From an uncultured Granulosicoccaceae bacterium (lineage in GTDB: Bacteria; Pseudomonadota; Gammaproteobacteria; Granulosicoccales; Granulosicoccaceae), in the NCBI GenBank assembly GCA_937922675.1, contig CALAJN010000002.1:153192-217191 (forward strand): 64,000 bases of DNA, in the 5' to 3' direction. Each line of letters begins with the position of its first letter. The stretch's first letter is position 1. Below, piece after piece: positions 26,697-36,812 of this stretch. The notes beneath the pieces are model-generated. The model was not told the DNA's origin, made no database searches, and worked only from the letters and a program-made list of their open reading frames with translations. Made by a program: the position numbers and the translations under genes.

Positions 26697-28634
26697 ATGG
26701 GAACTATCATCGGAATCGATCTCGGCACGACGAATTCGTGTGTCGCGGTCATGGAGGGGGACAAGCCCCGCGTTATCGAAAACAGCGAAGGCGATCGCAC
26801 AACGCCGTCCATTGTCGCGTTCAGCGACGACGGTGAGGTCATCGTTGGCCAGCCTGCCAAGCGTCAGGCGGTCACCAACCCGCAAAACACCTTGTATGCC
26901 GTCAAGCGCCTGATCGGGCGCCGATTTGATGAGGACGCGGTCCAAAAGGACATCGAGCTGGTGCCCTACAAGATCATCAAGGCCGACAATGGCGATGCCT
27001 GGGTAGAGGCTGCCGGCAAGGGCATGGCGCCACCGGAAGTGGCTGCACGTGTACTCCAGAAGATGAAGTCCACCGCTGAGGAATACCTTGGCGAGACGGT
27101 AACCGAAGCGGTCATTACCGTGCCTGCTTACTTCAACGATTCACAGCGACAGGCGACCAAGGACGCCGGCCGAATCGCAGGACTTGACGTCAAGCGCATC
27201 ATCAACGAGCCGACCGCCGCAGCCCTTGCCTATGGCATGGACAAGCAGCGCGGAAACTCTGCTGTGGCTGTGTATGACCTGGGCGGCGGCACCTTCGACA
27301 TCTCGATCATCGAGATCGCTGAAGTCGATGGCGAGCACCAGTTTGAGGTGCTGTCCACCAACGGTGACACCTTCCTCGGCGGTGAGGATTTTGACAACCG
27401 CTTGATCGACTACCTGGCTGATGAGTTCAAGAAGGAGTCGGGCATCGATCTGCACAGCGATCCGCTTGCCCTGCAGCGCTTGAAAGAAGCTGCCGAGAAA
27501 GCGAAGATCGAGCTGTCCAGCACCCAGCAGACCGACGTCAATCTGCCGTACATCACAGCCGATGCCTCAGGCCCCAAGCACCTCAACATCAAGGTCACCC
27601 GAGCCAAACTCGAGTCACTGGTCGAGGATCTTGTGGCGCGCACGATTGATCCCTGCAAGACCGCTCTGAAAGACGCGGGACTGTCCGCATCCGACATCAA
27701 TGACGTGATCATGGTCGGCGGCCAGACGCGTATGCCCAAGGTGCAGGAGACGGTCAAGGACTTCTTTGGCAAGGAGCCGCGCAAGGACGTCAACCCCGAT
27801 GAGGCCGTTGCTGTCGGCGCGGCGATTCAGGGTGGTGTACTCGGTGGCCAGGTCAAGGACGTGCTGCTGCTGGACGTCACACCACTGTCTGTCGGTATCG
27901 AGACGCTGGGTGGTGTCATGACCAAGCTGATCGACAAGAACACCACGATCCCCACCAAGGCTCAGCAGGTGTTCAGTACTGCTGATGACAACCAGTCTGC
28001 GGTGACCGTGCACGTCTTGCAGGGTGAGCGCGAAATCGCTGGTGGCAACAAGTCTCTTGGTCGTTTCGATCTTGGGGACATTCCGCCTGCGCCGCGTGGC
28101 GTACCTCAGATCGAGGTCACCTTCGACATCGATGCCAACGGCATCATGAATGTATCGGCCAAGGACAAGGCAACCGGCAAGCAAACGTCGATCGTGATCA
28201 AGGCCTCATCCGGTCTCTCCGATGAAGAGATCGAGAAGATGGTCCGCGACGCCGAGGAGAATGCCGAAGAGGATGCCAAGCAACGCTCATTGATTGACAA
28301 GCGCAATCAGGGCGAGCAGCTGATTCATGCCACCGAGAAGTCGTTGACAGATCTGGCAGACCAGGTAGCCGACGACGAAAAGGCCGATATCGAGAGCAAG
28401 GTTGCCGCTTTGCGTGAAGCGATTGGTGGCGATGATGTGGATGCCATTGATGCTGCTACCGGTGCCTTGGGTGAGGTCACCGGCAAGCTTGCCGAGAAGG
28501 CCTATGCTGCGCAGCAGTCGGCCGAGGAGGGCAGTGCTGCGCCCGAAGGGGCTGATGCCAATGCCTCTGCAGACGATGCAGTGGATGCGGAGTTTGAGGA
28601 AGTGAAAGAAGACGAGGACAAGAAGGCGTCCTGA
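26697..28634 (+). CDS. dnaK: molecular chaperone DnaK (Hsp70)
   Basis: 645-aa ORF with [23 protein letters not shown] and [11 protein letters not shown]-type motifs. Confidence 0.97.
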   Translation: MGTIIGIDLGTTNSCVAVMEGDKPRVIENSEGDRTTPSIVAFSDDGEVIVGQPAKRQAVTNPQNTLYAVKRLIGRRFDEDAVQKDIELVPYKIIKADNGDAWVEAAGKGMAPPEVAARVLQKMKSTAEEYLGETVTEAVITVPAYFNDSQRQATKDAGRIAGLDVKRIINEPTAAALAYGMDKQRGNSAVAVYDLGGGTFDISIIEIAEVDGEHQFEVLSTNGDTFLGGEDFDNRLIDYLADEFKKESGIDLHSDPLALQRLKEAAEKAKIELSSTQQTDVNLPYITADASGPKHLNIKVTRAKLESLVEDLVARTIDPCKTALKDAGLSASDINDVIMVGGQTRMPKVQETVKDFFGKEPRKDVNPDEAVAVGAAIQGGVLGGQVKDVLLLDVTPLSVGIETLGGVMTKLIDKNTTIPTKAQQVFSTADDNQSAVTVHVLQGEREIAGGNKSLGRFDLGDIPPAPRGVPQIEVTFDIDANGIMNVSAKDKATGKQTSIVIKASSGLSDEEIEKMVRDAEENAEEDAKQRSLIDKRNQGEQLIHATEKSLTDLADQVADDEKADIESKVAALREAIGGDDVDAIDAATGALGEVTGKLAEKAYAAQQSAEEGSAAPEGADANASADDAVDAEFEEVKEDEDKKAS

Positions 28635-28656
28635 CGACGCAGTCTTGTAGGCCTTG

Positions 28657-28712
28657 GGCCGGGAGTCAGATGGGTACCTGTAACAGGTTCCCATCAGGCC
28701 TCCGGCTTTTTC
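28657..28712 (+). terminator. long imperfect stem-loop followed by a T-tract between dnaK and dnaJ (terminator/attenuator)
   Basis: ggccgggagtca-GATGGGTACCTG-taa-CAGGTTCCCATC-aggcctccggc followed by TTTTT (28707-28711). Confidence 0.5.
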
Positions 28713-28790
28713 GTGAATCCCTATTGAAGACACGGCACTGCGCGAGCCCATTTGCCGGGGCGCGGATTGCCGCAGACAGGACCGACATCG

Positions 28791-29933
28791 ATGTCCCAGC
28801 GTGACTACTATGAAGTTCTTGGCGTCGAACGCGATGTCTCAGCGGCTGATCTGAAAAAGGCGTATCGACGCCTGGCCATGAAGTACCACCCCGACCGGAA
28901 TCCGGACGATGAAGGTGCCGACGCCAAGTTCAAGGAGGCCAAGGAAGCCTACGAGGTACTCAATTCATCAGAAAAACGTGCAGCCTATGACCAGTTTGGT
29001 CACGCCGGGGTCAACAACCAGCCCGGTGGCGGCGGTGGTTTTGGCGGCGGTGCGGATATCAACGATATCTTCGGCGATGTCTTTGGCGACATTTTCAGTG
29101 GTGGGCGACGCGGCGGTGGTGGCGGTCAGCGTGTTTATCGCGGCGATGACCTTCAATACAATCTCGAGATAACGCTGGAAGATGCGGTAGCAGGCGTTGC
29201 CAAGGAAATTCGTATCCCCAACCTTGTGGCCTGTGATGTCTGTGATGGATCAGGTGCCAAGCGTGGCACCAAGCCAAGCTCCTGCCAGACCTGTAATGGT
29301 GTGGGGCAGGTGCGTATGCAGCAGGGCTTTTTCAGTGTGCAGCAGGCCTGCCCGACGTGTCGTGGCAAGGGCAAGGTGATCTCTGATCCGTGCCCCAAGT
29401 GCATCGGTCAGGGCCGTATCCAGAAAGAGAAAACCTTGTCGGTGAAGGTGCCGGCAGGTGTTGACACCGGCGACAAGATTCGCTTGCAGGGTGAGGGCGA
29501 GGCGAGTGACAGTGGAGGCCCGGCGGGCGATCTCTTTGTCGCCATTCGCGTCAAGGAGCACAGCATCTTCAAACGTGACGGCGCCAATCTCGAGTGCACC
29601 GTACCGATCAATTTTGCAACCGCTGCGGTCGGTGGTGAGCTTGAAGTGCCCACGCTGGATGGCAGGGTCAAGCTCAAGGTGCCTGCAGGAACGCAGACCG
29701 AAAAATTGTTTCGTGTGCGAGGCAAGGGGGTCAAGCCTGTTCGTGGAGGCGCGCAAGGAGACTTGCTGTGTCGCGTGCGTGTGGAAACGCCGGTCAGTCT
29801 CAACAGCGATCAACGTGATCTGTTGATGGCCTTTCATGACAGCATCTCGGGTGACAAGGCGCAAAAGCATTCACCGCAGGCCCACAGCTGGTTGGGTGGG
29901 GTGAAAAAGTTCTTCGATGAGTTGCGCGGCTGA
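28791..29933 (+). CDS. dnaJ: molecular chaperone DnaJ
   Basis: ATG 28791 ([12 protein letters not shown]). J-domain HPD motif, a G/F-rich region, and four CxxCxGxG zinc-finger repeats. Confidence 0.95.
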   Translation: MSQRDYYEVLGVERDVSAADLKKAYRRLAMKYHPDRNPDDEGADAKFKEAKEAYEVLNSSEKRAAYDQFGHAGVNNQPGGGGGFGGGADINDIFGDVFGDIFSGGRRGGGGGQRVYRGDDLQYNLEITLEDAVAGVAKEIRIPNLVACDVCDGSGAKRGTKPSSCQTCNGVGQVRMQQGFFSVQQACPTCRGKGKVISDPCPKCIGQGRIQKEKTLSVKVPAGVDTGDKIRLQGEGEASDSGGPAGDLFVAIRVKEHSIFKRDGANLECTVPINFATAAVGGELEVPTLDGRVKLKVPAGTQTEKLFRVRGKGVKPVRGGAQGDLLCRVRVETPVSLNSDQRDLLMAFHDSISGDKAQKHSPQAHSWLGGVKKFFDELRG

Positions 29934-29966
29934 CGCCATCATTCTTCAGGTAACAAGGCTGATGCC

Positions 29967-30662
29967 ATGTATCGCATAGCGCCGTCTATCCTGTCAGCCG
30001 ACTTTGCAAACCTCGGCACAGAGGTGAGAGAGGTTATCGAGGCGGGCGCTGACTGGATTCACTTTGACGTGATGGATAACCATTACGTTCCCAACCTGAC
30101 GGTTGGCCCGGCGGTGGCCGCGGCGATCAAGCGGTATTGTGTGACAGGGGATGGCACGCCTGTTCCTCTGGATGTGCATCTGATGGTGGAACCTGTGGAT
30201 GAACTGGCTGCAGCCTTTTGTGAGGCGGGTGCGGACCTGGTGAGCTTTCATCCCGAGGCCTCACGTCATGTCGACAGGACACTGTCGTTGATTCACGATG
30301 CGGGCGCAAAGACGGGCCTGGTGTTCAATCCCGGAACCTCATTGGCAGCCCTGGAGTGGGTAATTGACAAGGTTGATCTTGTCTTGCTGATGAGTGTTAA
30401 CCCGGGCTTCGGAGGGCAAGCCTTTATCGAATCCACCTACGAGAAGATCGATTTTGCCAGGCGCTTGATAGATGACAGCGGGCGCGATATTCGACTGCAG
30501 GTGGATGGTGGAGTCAAGACCGATAACATTGCGGATGTGGCGGCGGCGGGTGCCGATACCTTTGTTGCCGGTAGTGCGATCTTTGGACAAGCGAGCTATC
30601 GCGATGCGATTGATGCGATGCGCACGGAGCTTGGGACGGTTGCACAGGGTGAGGGCAAGTAG
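29967..30662 (+). CDS. rpe: ribulose-phosphate 3-epimerase
   Basis: [17 protein letters not shown]...[14 protein letters not shown]...[10 protein letters not shown]...VDGG. Confidence 0.92.
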   Translation: MYRIAPSILSADFANLGTEVREVIEAGADWIHFDVMDNHYVPNLTVGPAVAAAIKRYCVTGDGTPVPLDVHLMVEPVDELAAAFCEAGADLVSFHPEASRHVDRTLSLIHDAGAKTGLVFNPGTSLAALEWVIDKVDLVLLMSVNPGFGGQAFIESTYEKIDFARRLIDDSGRDIRLQVDGGVKTDNIADVAAAGADTFVAGSAIFGQASYRDAIDAMRTELGTVAQGEGK

Positions 30663-30669
30663 AACAGCC

Positions 30670-32313
30670 CTAGTAGTTGGCCGCCCGCTTGGTCATCTGC
30701 TGGCTTGCCAGATACTCGTCATAAGTGCCGTCAAAGTTGATCAGCGTGTGGTCCTTGATCTCGATGATCTGAGTGGCAAGTGATGACACAAACTCGCGAT
30801 CGTGGCTGACAAAGATAATGGTGCCCTCGTAGTGCATCAGGGCCTGGTTCAGCGCTTCAATCGCTTCCATGTCCATGTGGTTGGTGGGCTCGTCGAGGAT
30901 CAGTACGTTCGGGGATATCATCATCAACTTGCCGAACAGCAGGCGGTTTTTCTCACCCCCTGAACAGACCTTGACCTTCTTCAGGAAGTCATCTGAAGAG
31001 AACAGTAATTGACCCAGGATGGCCCGCACGATTTGATCGTTGTGAGACGCCTTGCGCCACTGACTCATCCAGTCAAACAGGTTGAGGTTGTTGTCAAAGT
31101 CTGCGGTGTTGTCTTGTGGGCAATAGCCGATGCTTGCGTTCTCGGACATCTGGATCTTGCCGGTATCAGGCGTAATTTCACCGAGAAGGCAGCGGAGCAA
31201 GGTGGTCTTGCCAACACCGTTTTCGCCGATGATGGCCAGACGTGAGCCGGCTTCCAGCATCAACTTGCCGCCTTCAAACAGGACGCACTCGTCGAAACCC
31301 TTGCTGATGTTCTCAAAGGTCACGGCTTGTCTGAACAGCTTCTTGTCCTGGGTAAAACGCAGGTAAGGGCTGATACGACTGGAGCGCTTGATGTCGTTGA
31401 GCTCGATCTTCTCCAGGCGCTTGGCGCGCGAGGTCGCTTGCTTGGCCTTGGAGGCATTGGCAGAGAAGCGGCTGACAAACTGCTGCAGCTCTGCTATCTC
31501 GACCTTCTTCTTCGCGTTCTCACTGTGCAGCAACTCGCGTGCGGCAGTCGCTGCTGTCATGAAGTCATCGTAGTTGCCCGGATAGACGCGCAGCTCGCCA
31601 AAGTCGATGTCGGCAATGTGTGTGCAGACGGTGTTGAGGAAGTGGCGATCGTGCGAAATGATGATGATGGTGCTCTTCTGGCGGCTCAGCACATCTTCGA
31701 GCCAATTGATCGCGTTGATATCCAGGTTGTTGGTGGGTTCGTCCAGTAGCAGGATGTCAGGTGCTGCGAACAAGGCTTGTGCGAGCAGTACGCGCAGCTT
31801 CCAGCCGGGGGCCACCTCGCGCATGAGGCCAGAATGCAAGGCCTCCTCTATGCCTGCACCACTCAAAAACTCTCCGGCTCGGCTCTCTGCGGTGTAGCCG
31901 TCCATCTCGGCAAACTCGACTTCGAGTTCGGCAACGCGCATGCCTTCTTCTTCGGTCATCTCCGGTAGTGCGTAGAGCCGCTCACGCTCCTGCTTGACCC
32001 TCCAAAGCCCCTCATGACCCATGATGACGGTGTCGATGACCGTGAAATCCTCGAAAGCGAACTGGTCCTGATGCAACTTGCCAATGCGGTTGTTGGGGGC
32101 GAGAGACACGTTGCCCGCGGTAGGCTCAAGAGCGCCTGACAAGATGTTCATGAACGTGGACTTGCCACAGCCGTTAGCGCCGATAAGCCCGTAGCGATTA
32201 CCGTCACCAAACTTGACCGAAATGTTCTCGAACAGAGGCTTGGAGCCGAACTGAATGGTGACGTTGGAGGCGGAAATCACGCGATGTACCTGGGTTTGAG
32301 GGCGCTGGTGCAC
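30670..32313 (-). CDS. ybiT: ABC-F family ATPase (YbiT-like)
   Basis: Two ABC cassettes (GANGCGKST and GENGVGKTT Walker A; LSGG and CSGGEKNR signatures). The N-terminus [33 protein letters not shown] is close to E. coli YbiT as I recall it. Confidence 0.85.
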   Translation of the reverse strand: MHQRPQTQVHRVISASNVTIQFGSKPLFENISVKFGDGNRYGLIGANGCGKSTFMNILSGALEPTAGNVSLAPNNRIGKLHQDQFAFEDFTVIDTVIMGHEGLWRVKQERERLYALPEMTEEEGMRVAELEVEFAEMDGYTAESRAGEFLSGAGIEEALHSGLMREVAPGWKLRVLLAQALFAAPDILLLDEPTNNLDINAINWLEDVLSRQKSTIIIISHDRHFLNTVCTHIADIDFGELRVYPGNYDDFMTAATAARELLHSENAKKKVEIAELQQFVSRFSANASKAKQATSRAKRLEKIELNDIKRSSRISPYLRFTQDKKLFRQAVTFENISKGFDECVLFEGGKLMLEAGSRLAIIGENGVGKTTLLRCLLGEITPDTGKIQMSENASIGYCPQDNTADFDNNLNLFDWMSQWRKASHNDQIVRAILGQLLFSSDDFLKKVKVCSGGEKNRLLFGKLMMISPNVLILDEPTNHMDMEAIEALNQALMHYEGTIIFVSHDREFVSSLATQIIEIKDHTLINFDGTYDEYLASQQMTKRAANY

Positions 32314-32459
32314 CGCTTGGACTGACGACCCGGCACAGTACCACCCACGTCTACAACCTCGGTGGCGGTCGCGTCACGGCTGCTGTGAGCTATCGGGTGC
32401 ATCATGACGATTGCAGAGCGCGAGCAGTTCAGCAGCTTGTCACTGCGCGTGTAGCCAGT

Positions 32460-33710
32460 TCAGGGAATGCGTTCGGTGATCTCCAGTATCAACGGGGCAT
32501 CCGGCGTGCCGCCTTGCCCGATCACGAGCGGCTGCTCTATGGACCAGTCACCGGATGAGGCTGTCGGTTGACCAGACAATGATGCGCGTGCGCCGACAAT
32601 GACTTCCGGGAAGGCCGCAAGCGTCATGTTGGGTATCATCGCCATTGTCTCGTCCAGCGTCAGTGTAAGCGGCAAGTCAGCCACGCTAAGCCTTTGCACC
32701 GCAAGCGGCATGGGTGGGCCATTGGCCGCTCGCGCAAAGACGAACACGGCCGTCTCCGGAGATAGTGCCGCCGCGGCTTCCCCAAGTGACACACTGACAG
32801 TGATCGACACTGAGCTACTCGCGTCCGATGCGGCGGTTTCCGCGGGAGTCGCCATAGCCCCCAATTCAGCCTGCGAGCGTGCAGCGTATTGATCAACGGT
32901 GGCGACCGCCTGGCTGTTGCCATTGGCGTTGGCAATGGACCTGAGCGTGCCGAACAGGGTGAGTGCCTCCTCATGTTGACCGGCTTGTTGGCGCGCAACT
33001 CCGAGCAGCCATAGCGCTTGTTCGTTTTGATCGTCAAGCGCATACGCTCGCTCGAGCAGAGCCACCGGCTCGCCGGCGAGCAGTCCTCCGTCGCGCATGG
33101 CCTTTGCCTCGGCAAGACTTGTCATGGTGCCTACATCGTCGGTGTCGAATTCCAGGGCACGGGTCAGTGCATCGGAGGCCTTGTCGAATTCAGAGGTTGC
33201 CAGGTAGGTTCGCCCCAACATGCGCCATCCTGTGACGTCTTCCGGGTTCTGCGCAAGCCGTTGCTCCAATCCGGCGATCAGCTCTGGCATCGAAGGCATG
33301 CTTCGATCGTCTGTATTGGCTGCCACCGCTGGGTCAATTGCTGCGGGTGTGCCAATTTTTGCGTAGAGCCAGGCAGCGCTGATCGGTATGGCGATCACCA
33401 TCACGAAGATCAGGCCGATGTCGGCCTTGCGCGAGCGTTTGACCTGAGTATCCGGATCAAGCTCGGATGCGAGCGTCAGTTCGATGCGCGCCCGTTCTTC
33501 GGCATACTCGGACTCACTGGTGGCGCCGTTGGCGTGGGCGGCATCCAGCGCTTGCAGGCTCTCGCGAGCGATGGCGATGTTTTTCTCGGCAAGCCCCGGT
33601 GTGTTGAGGTGGTGAGGGTCCTCGCGCCAGACACTGGCGAAAAGTATGACGAGGGTTATCAGGACCAGCAACGCAGCCAGTACCAGGAAAAGAGTCATCA
33701 GAGCAAACAC
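32460..33710 (-). CDS. ccmI: c-type cytochrome biogenesis protein CcmI/CycH-like (TPR)
   Basis: Two N-terminal TM segments separated by a charged loop, TPR-like central repeats, and a C-terminal FVFARAANGPPMPLAVQRLSVADLPLTLTLDE typical of CcmI. Confidence 0.65.
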   Translation of the reverse strand: MFALMTLFLVLAALLVLITLVILFASVWREDPHHLNTPGLAEKNIAIARESLQALDAAHANGATSESEYAEERARIELTLASELDPDTQVKRSRKADIGLIFVMVIAIPISAAWLYAKIGTPAAIDPAVAANTDDRSMPSMPELIAGLEQRLAQNPEDVTGWRMLGRTYLATSEFDKASDALTRALEFDTDDVGTMTSLAEAKAMRDGGLLAGEPVALLERAYALDDQNEQALWLLGVARQQAGQHEEALTLFGTLRSIANANGNSQAVATVDQYAARSQAELGAMATPAETAASDASSSVSITVSVSLGEAAAALSPETAVFVFARAANGPPMPLAVQRLSVADLPLTLTLDETMAMIPNMTLAAFPEVIVGARASLSGQPTASSGDWSIEQPLVIGQGGTPDAPLILEITERIP

Positions 33711-33743
33711 GGTGGCTTGACGCGCAAGTATAGGGTGCGCAGC

Positions 33744-34283
33744 TCAGCTCTCTGCAAGTTTTCGGGTCGCGGATATTCCTGCGGACGGGGCAGACGCCAT
33801 CGCTCTGAGTCGACGCTGCAGCGGAAGACGCCGAATGGCCGATAGACGGTCTATGAACAGCTTGCCGTCCAGATGATCTAGCTCGTGCTGCAGGCAAACG
33901 GCGTGCATATTTTCCAGAGTGCGCTCAAAAGGCGTTCCGTGCCGATCACAAGCCCTCACGACGATCGTTCCTGATCGGATAACCTTGGCGCTTATACCCG
34001 GCAGGGACAGACAGGCTTCGGTCGCGATGGCCAGGCCCGATCGAGATATGATTTGCGGGTTGACGTACTCCTGAAGCGCCGAGCCATCGTCAGACAGATC
34101 CATGACCAGAACGCGCTTGAGTTCACCGACTTGCGGGGCGCACAACCCGATGCCAGGCGTGGCGTACACGGTGTCTGCAAGATCATTCAACAGCGTTGAC
34201 AATGACTCGTCGAAGGCGTGAACGGGTTGGCAAACGGTTCTCAGCGCCGAGTGCGGGTATTCCAGAATGGGCTGCTCAGCCAT
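33744..34283 (-). CDS. def: peptide deformylase
   Basis: Motifs GIGLCAPQVG, EACLSLPG and QHELDHLDGKLF. All three metal ligands are present. The start lies 9 nt after the pucC stop. Confidence 0.9.
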   Translation of the reverse strand: MAEQPILEYPHSALRTVCQPVHAFDESLSTLLNDLADTVYATPGIGLCAPQVGELKRVLVMDLSDDGSALQEYVNPQIISRSGLAIATEACLSLPGISAKVIRSGTIVVRACDRHGTPFERTLENMHAVCLQHELDHLDGKLFIDRLSAIRRLPLQRRLRAMASAPSAGISATRKLAES

Positions 34284-34292
34284 GCTTCAAGG

Positions 34293-35762
34293 TCAATGGG
34301 CGACGTGGTGCTTGATGCTGCCCCGATATGCGCGGGCGCTGCGGCTACGTAACAGCGGCCAGGTCGCCACCACGGTGACCAACAGTAGTGTGACTTCAAT
34401 GACGTACACCGCGACATAGCCCCCGGCAAGACCGAGCGAGCTTTCGCTAGCCTGCAGGGCGGCATTGACGGCATCTCTGATGATGCCGCTGGCTGCGATC
34501 GCAATACCAGCAGCGGTCGCTTGTACAGCGCCCCAGGCACCCATGGCCAGGCCTGCTTGGTGCGCCGGTGCACGCATCATGGTCGCTGTTAGTGTGCCAT
34601 GACCGAACAAGGCAGCGCCAAAGCCGATCATGAAATTGCCCACTAAAAACAGTGCCGGTGTACTCAACGGCGCCGCGCTCATGACCAGGACAAACGCAGG
34701 GATTCCAATCAAGACACCGTGCAGCACGATTTTGTAGGGATCCTCGCCTCGACCCAGCACACGCGAGGCATAGCCAAAGCCCAACAGGCCACCCAGGGCG
34801 AGCAGGGCGGTGAGCTTGGTTGTCGCACTGACCGACATCAGTAGTACATGACCACCGAAGGGCTCCAGCAGAACGTCTGCCATGCCGAAGGCCAGTGTGC
34901 CAACGCCAATAATGATCAACAGACGCATGGCGTCTGCACCCTGACTGAAGCGTGCCCACGACTCGCTGAACGTCGGATCAGCGGGGGCGTCCTTCCTGCT
35001 GGCGCCGAGCGTCTCCTGTTGCCACATCGCCACAAAGTTCAGCAGTACGGTAAGCACCGCTGCTCCTTGTATGACCTTGACCAACTTGCCAGGCGAAAAC
35101 TCTTCCAGCGCCTTGCCAAAAATCAGCGCACTGATGAGCATGCCAAGGAGCAGGGTGACGTACATCAACCCTACAACCTTCGGGTGGGATTCAGGCTCGG
35201 TCAGGTCAGTGGCCAGTGCAAGCCCCGCGGTTTGAACCGTGTGTACTCCCGCGCCCACCAGCAAAAAGGCCACCGCTGCTGAGACGTGGCCCAGCCACAG
35301 GGGAAAGTTATACGACTCACCTTGTTGTCCGAGTACCAGCAAGGCGAAAGGCATGATGGCGAAGCCACCGAACTGCCACAAGGTGCCTTTCCAGATAAAC
35401 GGTACGCGTCGCCAGCCAAGGGCACAGCGATGGGTGTCGGATTTGTATCCGATCAAGGCACGAAAAGGGGCAAATACGAGGGGCAGGGCCAGCATCACGG
35501 CTACCAACCATGCCGGTACGCCCAACTCAACGATCATGACCCGGTTAAGGGTGCCCACGAGCAAAACCAGCGCCATGCCTACGCTGACCTGAAAGAGTGA
35601 CAGACGTAGCAGTCGCCTCAGTGGCACTTCACTCGTTGCTACATCGGCAAAGGGCATGAAACGAGGGCCCAGATCCGCTAGCGTGGATACAAGCCGTTTG
35701 GCGGGTGGCCTGGATGGCAACCTGGGGGGCGTCTTTGAAGCCCCCTTGACACTATTGCTCAT
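34293..35762 (-). CDS. pucC: BCD-family MFS protein PucC/LhaA (light-harvesting complex assembly)
   Basis: 489-aa, ~12-TM ORF. The N-terminal LRLSLFQVSVGMALVLLVGTLNRVMIVELGVPAWLVAVMLALPLVFAPFRALIGYKSDTH...GWRRVPFIWKGTLWQFGGFAIMPFAL is characteristic of PucC/LhaA. It lies downstream of pucBA. Confidence 0.8.
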   Translation of the reverse strand: MSNSVKGASKTPPRLPSRPPAKRLVSTLADLGPRFMPFADVATSEVPLRRLLRLSLFQVSVGMALVLLVGTLNRVMIVELGVPAWLVAVMLALPLVFAPFRALIGYKSDTHRCALGWRRVPFIWKGTLWQFGGFAIMPFALLVLGQQGESYNFPLWLGHVSAAVAFLLVGAGVHTVQTAGLALATDLTEPESHPKVVGLMYVTLLLGMLISALIFGKALEEFSPGKLVKVIQGAAVLTVLLNFVAMWQQETLGASRKDAPADPTFSESWARFSQGADAMRLLIIIGVGTLAFGMADVLLEPFGGHVLLMSVSATTKLTALLALGGLLGFGYASRVLGRGEDPYKIVLHGVLIGIPAFVLVMSAAPLSTPALFLVGNFMIGFGAALFGHGTLTATMMRAPAHQAGLAMGAWGAVQATAAGIAIAASGIIRDAVNAALQASESSLGLAGGYVAVYVIEVTLLLVTVVATWPLLRSRSARAYRGSIKHHVAH

Positions 35763-35780
35763 GGCGCGCGTGCCGCAGTG

Positions 35781-36629
35781 CTAATCGTCTTTTTTCAGTA
35801 GTGGCCACCCGAACAGCGACGACACGGGTGCCGGGTTGTTGGACAACAGTGGCAGGCCGAAACTGGAGGTCTTTTGTGCTGGTCGCTCTGATGTGAGTAC
35901 GTCAATCCCCGCCTTATCAGACAAGGGAGCAGGGTTGTCTTTAAGTACACCCATACCGACTTTGGAAGATAGCGGAGCCGGATTGTCCGTCAGCGTGCTC
36001 ATGCCAACCTTGGACGACAAGGGTGCCGGATTGTCCGTCAGGGTACTCATGCCAAACCTGGACGACAAGGGTGCCGGATTGTCACTGAGCAACCCACCCA
36101 TGAGCCCACTTGTGGGGAGACTTTCTGTACTTTTCAATTCGGGGAAGGCGCGTGACATCCAGCTTCTGCGATGCGTCAGTACGGGTATATCAAGCAGAGC
36201 GGATAGAGGGGCTGCCTGCATCCAGGTGTGATAATCCAACTCTGGCACCTCGGGCATGGGCACGGATCGGCTTTGATCCAGTGTGTAGTCCACCTGCTTG
36301 CCCTCACCAAAAGGGGGAGTGACTATCAGAAGCGTCTTGCCTTCCTGAACCGTATCGGCATATACCAGGGCGTGACTGTCCGGGACGCGTGAACCGTCAT
36401 GAATGCTGACGATCAGTTCAGCCAATACGGCGCTTGAATCTGTGCCGTCCTTCTCACCGCGGTTGCGCAACCACTCGTTCTGGCCGTTGAGCATGGATGG
36501 TGAAAGGATGGATATTGCATCATCTTCGAGACCAGGCGACCTTGCCTTGAGGCTGTCCACCGATTCAAGCGCGTCCTGCTCGGATGCATAGGCTCTAGCG
36601 ATGGGGATCAGGTTCATCGTCAGTGGCAT
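35781..36629 (-). CDS. uncharacterised puc-operon protein with six C-terminal 16-aa DNPAPLSS repeats
   Basis: Start chosen at the ATG ending at 36629 (GGAGAG 7 nt upstream); the longest ORF begins at 36677. The N-terminal ~170 aa are soluble. The C-terminal 108 aa are tandem xxLxDNPAPLSSKxGM units. The stop lies 18 nt before the pucC start. Confidence 0.6.
   Translation of the reverse strand: MPLTMNLIPIARAYASEQDALESVDSLKARSPGLEDDAISILSPSMLNGQNEWLRNRGEKDGTDSSAVLAELIVSIHDGSRVPDSHALVYADTVQEGKTLLIVTPPFGEGKQVDYTLDQSRSVPMPEVPELDYHTWMQAAPLSALLDIPVLTHRRSWMSRAFPELKSTESLPTSGLMGGLLSDNPAPLSSRFGMSTLTDNPAPLSSKVGMSTLTDNPAPLSSKVGMGVLKDNPAPLSDKAGIDVLTSERPAQKTSSFGLPLLSNNPAPVSSLFGWPLLKKDD
35784..36107 (-). repeat. 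in-frame 48-bp tandem repeat array (six units, two nearly identical)
   Basis: The + strand shows repeated ggtgccggattgtccgtcag(c/g)gt(g/a)ctcatgccaa(c/a)c(t/-)tggacgacaag units. Confidence 0.85.
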
Positions 36630-36750
36630 GTCTAGTCTCTCCTGGAATGAGCGAGGGACCGGGTACTTGAGAGTCACTGAACCGACCAGTGGTGGCCGGA
36701 CTCGGCAAGCTGATCCCTGGGTAAGCGTGCCCTACGGGCAGGCTGTGATC

Positions 36751-36806
36751 AAAAGCTGATCCTGTGTGTGATCTGCCTGAGCAGATCGGTTCACAAGATC
36801 AGCTTG
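36751..36806 (-). terminator. compound stem-loop immediately downstream of pucA (partial terminator / mRNA-stabilising hairpin)
   Basis: The outer stem AAGCTGATC (36753-36761) pairs with GATCAGCTT (36797-36805). The inner perfect stem is GATCTGC-ctga-GCAGATC. A short U-run follows on the minus strand. Confidence 0.5.
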
Positions 36807-36812
36807 TTTACT

